Source of the DNA: Chiloscyllium plagiosum
Taxonomy: Eukaryota
Assembly: GCF_004010195.1 (NCBI RefSeq)
Contig: NW_025214639.1
Span: 1 to 47,862, forward strand
Direction of reading: 5' to 3'
Length of the DNA: 47,862 nucleotides
Shown: in pieces, positions 39,301 through 47,862 of the stretch
How positions within the stretch are numbered: position 1 is the first letter of the stretch
How the letters are laid out: every line of letters starts with the position of its first letter
Program-made: the position numbers and the translations under genes
The notes under the pieces: generated by a model
Databases searched by the model: none
Told to the model about the DNA's origin: nothing
Seen by the model: only the letters and a program-made list of their open reading frames with translations

Positions 39301-41616
39301 TACGGTGTGGAGACGGTGTGTTTACCATGGGATAGACGGGTACGGTGTGGAGACGGTGTGTTTACCATGGGATAGACGGGTACGGTGTGGAGACGGTGTG
39401 TTTACCATGGGATAGACGGGTACGGTGTGGAGACGGTGTGTTTACCATGGGATAGACGGGTACGGTGTGGAGACGGTGTGTTTACCATGGGATAGACGGG
39501 TACGGTGTGGAGACGGTGTGTTTACCATGGGATAGACGGGTACGGTGTGGAGACGGTGTGTTTACCATGGGATAGACGGGTACGGTGTGGAGACGGTGTG
39601 TTTACCATGGGATAGACGGGTACGGTGTGGAGACGGTGTGTTTACCATGGGATAGACGGGTACGGTGTGGAGACGGTGTGTTTACCATGGGATAGACGGG
39701 TACGGTGTGGAGACGGTGTGTTTACCATGGGATAGACGGGTACGGTGTGGAGACGGTGTGTTTACCATGGGATAGACGGGTACGGTGTGGAGACGGTGTG
39801 TTTACCATGGGATAGACGGGTACGGTGTGGAGACGGTGTGTTTACCATGGGATAGACGGGTACGGTGTGGAGACGGTGTGTTTACCATGGGATAGACGGG
39901 TACGGTGTGGAGACGGTGTGTTTACCATGGGATAGACGGGTACGGTGTGGAGACGGTGTGTTTACCATGGGATAGACGGGTACGGTGTGGAGACGGTGTG
40001 TTTACCATGGGATAGACAGGTACGGTGTGGAGCCGGTGTGTTTACCATGGGATAGACGGGTACCGTGTGGAGACGGTGTGTTTACCATGGGATAGATGGG
40101 TACGGTTTAGAGACGGTGTGTTTACCATGGGATAGACGGGTACAGTGTGGAGACGGTGTGTTTACCATGGGATAGACGGGTACCGTGTGAAGACGGTGTG
40201 TTTGCCATGGGGTAGACGGGTACAGTGTGGAGACGGTGTGTTTACCATGGGATAGATAGGTACGGTGTGGAGACGCTGTGTTTACCATGGGATAGACGGG
40301 AACGGTGTGGAGACGGTGTGTTTACCATGGGATAGACAGGTATGGTGTGGTACCAGTGTGTTTACCATGGAATAGATGGGTACGGTGTGGAGACGGTGTG
40401 TTTACCATGGGATAGATAGGTACGGTGTGGAGACGGTGTGTTTACCATGGAATAGACGGGTACAGTGTGGAGACGGTGTGTTTACCATGTGATAGACGGG
40501 TATGGTGTGGAGACGGTGTGTTTACCATGGGATTGTCGGGTACGGTGTGGAGACGGTTTGTTTACCATGGGATAGACGGATACCGTGCGGTACCGGTGTG
40601 TTTACCATGGGATAGACGGGTACGGTGTGGAGACAGTGTGTTTACCATGGGATATACAGGTACGGTGTGGTACCGGTGTGTTAACCATGGGATAGACAGG
40701 CACGGTGTGGAGACGGTGTGTTTACCATGGGATAGACGGGTACCGTGTGGAGACGGTGTGTTTACCATGGGGTAGACAGTACGGTGTGGTACCGGTGTGT
40801 TTACCATGGGATAGACAGCTTCGGTGTGGAGACGGTGTGTTTACCATGGAATAGACGGGTACGGTGTGGAGACGGTGTGTTTACCATGGGATAGACGGGT
40901 ACGGTGTGGTACCGGTGTGTTTACCATGGGATAGACGGGTACCGTGTGGTACCGGTGTGTTTACCATGAGATAGACGGGTACGGTGTGGAGACGGTGTGT
41001 TTACCATGGGATAGACGGGTACGGTGTGGAGACGGTGTGTTTACCATGGGATAGACGGGTACGGAGTGGAGACGGTGTGTTTACCATGGGATAGACGAGT
41101 ACTGTGTGGTACCAGTGTGTTTACCATGGGATAGACGGGTAAAGTGTGGAGACGGTGTGTTTACCATGGGATAGACGGGTAAAGTGTGGAGACGGTGTGT
41201 TTACCATGGGATAGACGGGTACTGTGTGGTACCGGTGTGTTTACCATGGGATAGACGGGTACGGTGTGGAGACGGTGTGTTTACCATGGGATAGACGGGT
41301 ACCGTGTGGAGACGGTGTGTTTACCATGGGATAGACAGCTTCGGTGTGGAGACGGTGTGTTTACCATGGGATAGACAGCTTCGGTGTGGAGACGGTGTGT
41401 TTACCATGGGATAGACAGCTTCGGTGTGGAGACGGTGTGTTTACCATGGGATAGACAGCTTCGGTGTGGAGACGGTGTGTTTACCATGGGATAGACGGGT
41501 ACCGTGTGGTACCAGTGTGTTTACCATGGGATAGACGGGTACCGTGTGGTACCAGTGTGTTTACCATGGGATAGACGGGTACCGTGTGGTACCAGTGTGT
41601 TTACCATGGGATAGAC

Positions 41617-41626
41617 NNNNNNNNNN
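41617..41626. other. Assembly gap (10 N) inside the 40-bp array
   Basis: N run. Confidence 0.99.
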
Positions 41627-42559
41627 GACGGGTACAGTGTGGAGACGGTGTGTTTACCATGGGATAGACAGGTACAGTGTGGTACCGGTGTGTTTACCAT
41701 GGGATAGACAGGTACGGTGTGGAGACAGTGTGTTTACCATGGGATAGACGGGTACCGTGTGGAGACAGTGTGTTTACCATGGGATAGACAGGCACGGTGT
41801 GGAGACGGTGTGTTTACCATGGGATAGACGGATACCGTGCGGTACCGGTGTGTTTACCATGGGATAGACGGATACCGTGCGGTACCGGTGTGTTTACCAT
41901 GGGATAGACAGGTACGGTGTGGAGACAGTGTGTTTACCATGGGATATACAGGTACGGTGTGGAGACGGTATGTTTACCATGGGATAGACAGGCACGGTGT
42001 GGAGACAGTGTGTTTACCATGGGATAGACGGGTACCGTGTGGAGACAGTGTGTTTACCATGGGATATACAGGTACGGTGTGGAGACGGTGTGTTTACCAT
42101 GGGATAGACAGATTCGGTGTGGAGACGGTGTGTTTACCATGGGATAGATAGGTACGGTGTGGAGACAGTGGGTTTACCATGGGATAGATGGGTACGGTGT
42201 GGAGACGGTGTGTTTACCATGGGATAGATGGGTACGGTGCGGAGACGGTGTGTTTACCATGGGATAGACGGTACGGTGTGGAGACGCTGTGTTTACCATG
42301 GGATAGACGGGAACGGTGTGGAGACGGTGTGTTTACCATGGGATAGACAGGTACGGTGCGGTACCGGTGTGTTTATCACGGGATAGACTGGTACGGTGTG
42401 GAGACAGTGTGTTTACCATGGGATAGACGGGTACGGTGTGGTACCGGTGTGCTTACCATGGGATAGATGGGTACAGTGTGGAGACGGTGTGTTTACCATG
42501 GGATAGACGGGTACGGTGTGGAGACGGTGTCTTTACCATGGGATAGACGGGTACGGTGT

Positions 42560-42568
42560 GTTTACCAT
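42560..42568 (-). promoter_or_regulatory. Predicted authentic 5' splice site ATG|GTAAAC of the 138-bp exon, also carried by the satellite units
   Basis: Gives a 46-codon phase 0/0 exon ending ...YPM, collinear with the recalled TRAK1 segment ending ...FPM before DSLAAEIEG. Confidence 0.85.
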
Positions 42569-42703
42569 GGGATAGACGGGTACCGTGTGGTACCGGTTGA
42601 TGGAGCTGTTTGGAGCAGTCTTGTTCCGCAAATTCTTCATCTCCTCTTGGGCTTCATGCAGCATCGCATCACACTGGGAATATTTCTCCCGCAGGTACTG
42701 CAC
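42566..42703 (-). CDS. HAP1: Internal coding exon (138 bp) of a HAP1/TRAK-family kinesin adaptor: VQYLREKYSQCDAMLHEAQEEMKNLRNKTAPNSSINRYHTVPVYPM
   Basis: TAG| acceptor and |GTAAAC donor. Aligns without gaps to recalled human TRAK1 LRELEDKYAECMEMLHEAQEELKNLRNKTMPNTTSRRYHSLGLFPM. The family call is firm. HAP1 versus TRAK1/2 orthology is less certain (~0.6). Confidence 0.9.
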
Positions 42704-42705
42704 CT

Positions 42706-42784
42706 AATACACAATCAAACCAAAACGTTACAATCAAACCAATACATCACAATCAGATCAATACATCACAATCAGATCAATACA
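42706..42784. repeat. Short ~19-bp tandem repeat (about 4 diverging copies, CAATACATCACAATCAGAT) abutting the 3' splice site
   Basis: ACAATCA occurs four times at ~19-20-nt spacing, and two copies are identical. Confidence 0.75.
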
Positions 42785-42943
42785 GTGCACCATTTTAATC
42801 AAATAACCTGTTCACTTCAGCAACTGGGAAAACAGTGACAGTGAGTGACAGTGTGAGGGATCTGGATTAACATCAATAGAGATACAGTCAGTAACACAGG
42901 GCTTGGGAAAGTGGGGAGGGGTGTTCCTGATTTTGTTACCCAC

Positions 42944-43018
42944 CTCAGTCTTTAATTGCTCCTGAGTATCTCTTGCTGCGACAAGGTATTGAGTTAGCTC
43001 TTCATTTTCTGTCGTGCA
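42944..43018 (-). CDS. HAP1: Internal coding exon (75 bp) of the HAP1/TRAK-family gene: CTTENEELTQYLVAARDTQEQLKTE
   Basis: TTTTGTCTTAAATCAG| acceptor, GAG|GTGGGT donor, phase 0/0. Matches recalled TRAK1 CAVENEELVQHLGAAKDAQRQLTAE (HAP1_N coiled coil). Confidence 0.92.
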
Positions 43019-43106
43019 CTGATTTAAGACAAAATGCACATTTGAAATTGTACTAATGACAATGCAATGTTGGAGCTGGGGTGGGCTTGGTGAATTGCTG
43101 ACATAC

Positions 43107-43237
43107 CATTTTACATTTCTGCTGGAGTTCCACAACTCTCGCGAGGAGAATGCTGATCTCTTCCTGCTGTTTTGCTGAATCCTCCACCTTCTGTGACAGC
43201 TCCTCAGAAACAGCTGCCAATTGGTTATTGCTTTCCT
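43107..43237 (-). CDS. HAP1: Internal coding exon (131 bp) of the HAP1/TRAK-family gene: (E)ESNNQLAAVSEELSQKVEDSAKQQEEISILLARVVELQQKCKM
   Basis: GCAG| acceptor, ATG|GTATGT donor, phase 1/0. Contains the family motif SEEL..K.ED...QQEEI..LL...V.LQ. The QQKCKM ending resembles recalled HAP1 (QQRCRM) more than TRAK1 (QKKAKA). Confidence 0.92.
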
Positions 43238-43654
43238 CTGCACCATCACCAGATGAACCACAAAGTTGATGAGAGGGGACAGAATGAGGGACAGATTAGA
43301 ATGTGTCGAGGGTGACCAGTCTCCAACTCAGAGATTGTTCCCTGAATACCCCTATTGTTCTGTGTCTGACCCACTGAGCCAATGCCGCACACACCTCTCT
43401 GGTCCACACACTGCTGACCACAACCTGAGCCCATGAAATTGCACAGATGGGGAAAGTTCAGAATCACAGCCACAGGGTGATATTAGCTGTGTGCAGTTAC
43501 AGGACAGGAACACAGGCCCCATCTCGGCCTGTAACAACCCCACCTCCCCAAACCCAGCTCTCCACTCTCTAACCGAAAACCATTCAATCATCAAACACCT
43601 AACTTTCTCCAAGATTGTATCACCAATAAAGAGAAATTAATCAGAGACAACTGG

Positions 43655-44060
43655 GAGGTGGGGATCGTTGTCTGGGCCCAGCATTTATTGCCCGTTTATT
43701 GAGAAGGTTGGGGTGAGCTGCCTTCTTGAACCGCTGCAGTCCACCTGCTGTAGGTAGACCCACAATGTCCTTAGGGAGGGAATTCCAGGATTCTGACCCA
43801 GAGACAGTGAAGGAACGGGGATATATTTCCAAGTCAGGATGATGAGTGGCTCGGAGGGGAACTTGAAGGGAGTGGTGTTCCCATGTATCTGCCACCCTCA
43901 TCCTTCTAGATGGAATGGTTGTGGGTTTGGATAGTGCTGTCTGAGGATCTTTGGTGAATTTCTGCTGTGCATCTTGTAGATGGTACACACTGCTGTTACT
44001 AAGCGGTAATGTTGGAGGAAGGGGATGTTATCTGGTGTGGTGCCAATCAAGCAGGAGCTG
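43655..44060 (-). mobile_element. Intronic LINE (CR1/L2 group) 3' fragment
   Basis: Minus-strand ORF ...SFTVSGSESWNSLPKDIVGLPTAGGLQRFKKAAH carries the WNSLP...FK C-terminal motif of CR1/L2 ORF2. Confidence 0.8.
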
Positions 44061-44163
44061 CTTAATCTCTCTTAGTCAAACTGTTATTGTTCTGTTAGAA
44101 ATCCCCTCTGCACCCTGTCCAAGGCCCTCGCATCTATTAACGAGTGATATTGCCCAAGCTCAC

Positions 44164-44242
44164 CTAGTTCCTTGGCACAGTCTAATACCAACTGCTCCTC
44201 CTTGCACTCATATTCCAATGTTTCTGTCGATAACTGAGCAGC
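44164..44242 (-). CDS. HAP1: Internal coding exon (79 bp) of the HAP1/TRAK-family gene: AAQLSTETLEYECKEEQLVLDCAKEL(E)
   Basis: TTTCCTCCCTCTAG| acceptor, TAG|GTGAGC donor, phase 0/1, compatible with the next exon. Matches recalled TRAK1 ASQLKTETITYEEKEQQLVNDCVKEL. Confidence 0.92.
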
Positions 44243-44564
44243 CTAGAGGGAGGAAATGGGAATACGTCACACACCGTGAACAACACCACATGCAAACCCA
44301 TTGGCTGGAGGTAATCACAGGAGGACAGGGTGGGTGATGGGGCATTGATGTCAGAGTTCCTGAATCTTATTCCTCTTATTCCAAATGCAGCCATTTCATC
44401 ACGAGGTGAGCCTGGTTTACCATCGCAATCTGTCAGACACCACCTCGGATCCTGCAGCATTCCCTCAGTATGGGGACAACACCAAGCCCAGCCAGAAACT
44501 AACATTCCATCTACAGAAACAAAAAGCGAATCTGCAAAACCGCCAAGAGGAAGGGCCAGCGGAT

Positions 44565-44665
44565 GCCCTTTCTCTCCACAGATGCTGCCAGACCTGCTGA
44601 GCTCTTCAAACAACTTCTGTTTTTGTTTCTGATTTACAGCATCCACAGTTCTTTCATGTTTTTAT
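44565..44665 (+). mobile_element. Short interspersed repeat fragment (putative Penelope-like terminus)
   Basis: CAGATGCTGCCAGACCTGCTGAGCTCTTCAAAC...CTGATTTACAGCATCCACAG parallels 11320-11395. Confidence 0.6.
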
Positions 44666-44669
44666 TCTC

Positions 44670-47600
44670 TGTACAGACTCTGTCCTGTCCCGTGTACAGA
44701 CTCTGTCCTGTCCCACATACAGACACTGCCCTGTCCCGTGTACAGACACTGCCCTGTCCCATGTACAGACTCTGTCCTGTCCCATGTACAGACACTGCCC
44801 TGTCCCACATACAAACACTGCCCTGTCCCGCGTACAGACACTGCCCTGTCCCGTGTAGACACGGTCCTGTCCCACGTACAGACACTGCCCTGTCCCGTGT
44901 AGACACGGTCCTGTCCCATGTACAGACACTGCCCTGTCCCATGTACAGACAATGCCCTGTCCCGCGTACAGACACTGTCCTGTCCCATGTACAGACACTG
45001 CCCTGTCCCACGTACAGACACTGCCCTGTCCCGTGTACAGACACTGCCCTGTCCCACGTACGGACAATGACCTGTCCCGTGTACAGGCACTGTCCTGTCC
45101 CGTGTACAGGCGCTGTCCTGTCCCGTGTACAGACACTGCCCTGTCCCGCATACAGACACTGCCCTGTCCTGTGTACAGGCACTGACCTGTCCCACGTACC
45201 GACACTGCCCTGTCCCACATACAGACACTGCCCTGTCCCGCATACAGACACTGCCCTTTCCCACGTACAGACACTGCCCTGTCCTGCGTACAGGCACTGA
45301 CCTGTCCCACATACAGGCACTGACCTGTCCCACGTACCGACACTGCCCTGTCCCACATACAGAAACTGCCCTGTCCCATGTACAGACACTGCCCTGTTCC
45401 GCGTATGGATACTGTCCTGTCCCATGTACAAACATTGACCTGTCCCACGTACAGACACTGCCTCGTCCCGTGTATAGACACTGCCGTGTCCTGCGTACAG
45501 GCACTGACCTGTCCCACATACAGGCACTGCCCTGTCCCACATACAGACACTGCCTTGTTCCGCGTACAGATACTGTCCTGTCCCATGTACAGGCACTGAC
45601 CTGTCCCACGTACAGATTCTGCCTCGTCCCGCGTACAGGCACTGACCTGTCCCACGTGCAGGCACCGCCCTGTCCCACATACAGACACTGCACTGTCCCG
45701 TGTACAGACACTGCCCTGTCCCACATACAGACACTGCCCTGTCCCGTGTACAGACACTGCCCTGTCCCACATACAGACACTGCCCTGTCCCGTGTACAGA
45801 CACTGCCCTGTCCCGCATACAGGCACTGCCCTGTCCCATGTACAGACACTGCCCTGTCCCGTGTACAGACACTGCCCTGTCCCACGTACAGACAATGCCC
45901 TGTCCCATGTACAGGCACTGTGGTGTCCCGTGTACAGACACTGCTCTGTCCCACGTACAGACACTGCCCTGTCCTGTGTACAGACACTGCCCTGTCCCAC
46001 GTACAGACACTGCCCTGTCCTGTGTACAGACACTGCCCTGTCCCGCGTACAGGCACTGTCCTGTCCCATGTACAGACACTGCCCTGTCCCACGTACAGGC
46101 ACTGCCCTGTCCTGTGTAGAGACACTGCCCTGTCCCGCATACAGGCACCGCCCTGTCCTGTGTACAGACACTGCCCTGTCCCGTGTACAGACACCACCCT
46201 GTCCTGTGTACAGACATGCCCTGTCCCACGTACAGACACTGCCCTGTCTTGTGTACAGACACTGCCCTGTCCTGTGTACAGACACTGCCCTGTCCCATGT
46301 ACAGACGCTGCCCTGTCCTGCGTACAGGCACTGCCCTGTCCCCCGTACAGACACAGCCCTGTCCCGCTTACAGGCACTGCCCTGTCCTGTGTACAGGCAC
46401 TGCCCTGTCCCGCGTACAGGCACTGCCCTGTCCCGCTTACAGGCACTGCCCTGTCCTGTGTACAGACACTGCCCTGTCCCATGTACAGACACAGCCCCGT
46501 CCTGTGTACAGACACTGCCCTGTCCCATGTACAGACACTGCCCTGTCCCGTGTACAGGAACTGACCTGTCCCACGTACAGACACCGCCCTGTCCCACATA
46601 CAGACACTGCCCTCTCCCACGTACAGNNNNNNNNNNNNNNNNNNNNNNNNNNNNNNNNNNNNNNNNNNNNNNNNNNNNNNNNNNNNNNNNNNNNNNNNNN
46701 NNNNNNNNNNNNNNNNNNNNNNNNNNNNNNNNNNNNNNNNNNNNNNNNNNNNNNNNNNNNNNNNNNNNNNNNNNNNNNNNNNNNNNNNNNNNNNNNNNNN
46801 NNNNNNNNNNNNNNNNNNNNNNNNNNNNNNNNNNNNNNNNNNNNNNNNNNNNNNNNNNNNNNNNNNNNNNNNNNNNNNNNNNNNNNNNNNNNNNNNNNNN
46901 NNNNNNNNNNNNNNNNNNNNNNNNNNNNNNNNNNNNNNNNNNNNNNNNNNNNNNNNNNNNNNNNNNNNNNNNNNNNNNNNNNNNNNNNNNNNNNNNNNNN
47001 NNNNNNNNNNNNNNNNNNNNNNNNNNNNNNNNNNNNNNNNNNNNNNNNNNNNNNNNNNNNNNNNNNNNNNNNNNNNNNNNNNNNNNNNNNNNNNNNNNNN
47101 NNNNNNNNNNNNNNNNNNNNNNNNNNNNNNNNNNNNNNNNNNNNNNNNNNNNNNNNNNNNNNNNNNNNNNNNNNNNNNNNNNNNNNNNNNNNNNNNNNNN
47201 NNNNNNNNNNNNNNNNNNNNNNNNNNNNNNNNNNNNNNNNNNNNNNNNNNNNNNNNNNNNNNNNNNNNNNNNNNNNNNNNNNNNNNNNNNNNNNNNNNNN
47301 NNNNNNNNNNNNNNNNNNNNNNNNNNNNNNNNNNNNNNNNNNNNNNNNNNNNNNNNNNNNNNNNNNNNNNNNNNNNNNNNNNNNNNNNCCACGAACAGAC
47401 ACTGCCTCGTCCCGCGTACAGACACTGCCTTGTCCCGCGTACAGGCACTGCCCTGTCCCACGTACAGACACTGCCCTTTCCCGTGTACATACCTGCCCTG
47501 TCCCACGTACAGACACTGCCCTATCCCGCGTACAGGCACTGCCCTGTCCCACATACTGACACTGCCCTGTCCTGTGTACAGACACTGCCCTGTCCCATGT

Positions 47601-47862
47601 ACAGACACTGCCTTGTCCCGTGTACAGGCACCGCCCTGTCCTGTGTACAGACACTGCCCTGTCCCATGTACAGACACTGTCTTGTCCTGTGTACAGGCAC
47701 TGCCTCGTCCCGCGTACAAGCACTGACCTGTCCCACGAACAAACACTGCCTCGTCCCGCGTACAGATACTGCCTTGTCCCACATACAGACACTGCCCTCT
47801 CCCACGTACAGGCACTGCCCTGTCCCACGTACAGACACTGCCCTGTCCCGCATACTGACACT
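44670..47862. repeat. 22-bp minisatellite array (consensus ~GTACAGACACTGCCCTGTCCC[A/G][C/T]), presumably intronic, containing a gap and running off the window end
   Basis: TACAGACACTGCCCTGTCC recurs every 22 nt with frequent substitutions. Confidence 0.97.
46627..47389. other. Assembly gap (~760 N)
   Basis: N run. Confidence 0.99.

Larger units (their letters stand above)
15307..42597. repeat. 40-bp satellite array, ~27.3 kb, ~680 units (+ strand GTGTTTACCATGGGATAGACGGGTACGGTGTGGAGACGGT); invariant 15307-40017, degenerate 40018-42597
   Basis: Direct periodicity: the printed lines repeat every 120 nt, which is 3 units. The first variant base seen is at 40018. Confidence 0.99.

Noticed and set aside
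15307..42597. CRISPR-like or telomeric array
   Set aside because: There are no unique spacers and no cas genes, the context is vertebrate, and the unit is not TTAGGG-based.
42812..43261. 149-aa single-exon ORF
   Set aside because: It is intron read-through: only the 75-bp exon is in the true frame, and the 131-bp exon is read out of frame.
44445..44510. Possible further minus-strand exon (TTTCTGTAG|...GAG|GTGGTG)
   Set aside because: Two frames contain stops, the third has no resemblance to the expected HAP1/TRAK segment, and the donor is weak.
44563..47861. Long ORFs of up to 1053 aa resembling keratin-associated or Cys-rich proteins
   Set aside because: The 22-bp unit lacks stops, so ORFs are open in nearly all frames on both strands and run through an N gap.
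1..47862. Common origin of the 28-, 40- and 22-bp units (shared CCCATG, GGCACTG, GACAG words)
   Set aside because: The shared words are only 5-7 nt and lie in inconsistent orientations, and the 40-mer is already explained by the exon end.

Overview
Vertebrate genomic DNA, most likely a shark or other elasmobranch (inferred from HE1-like SINEs, CR1/HER1-like LINEs and Penelope-like fragments). About 75% of the window is tandem repeat: a 28-bp array (1-4209), a ~51-bp SINE-derived array (14918-15306), a ~27-kb 40-bp array (15307-42597) and a 22-bp array (44670-47862). The stretch 4.2-15 kb is mostly nested, decayed retroelements. The only well-supported gene is four consecutive minus-strand coding exons (44242-44164, 43237-43107, 43018-42944, 42703-42566) of a HAP1/TRAK (Milton) family kinesin adaptor, most like HAP1. 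Key observation: the 40-bp unit corresponds to the last 32 nt of the 42703-42566 exon plus the first 8 nt of the intron (ATG|GTAAACAC). The intron therefore begins with about 680 tandem copies of its own 5' splice site. The consensus unit has no sense-strand AG, and use of any downstream copy would give a frameshift or premature stop. The 24.7-kb perfectly homogeneous part of the array may be inflated by assembly. Almost all ORFs in the supplied track are repeat or retroelement artefacts.
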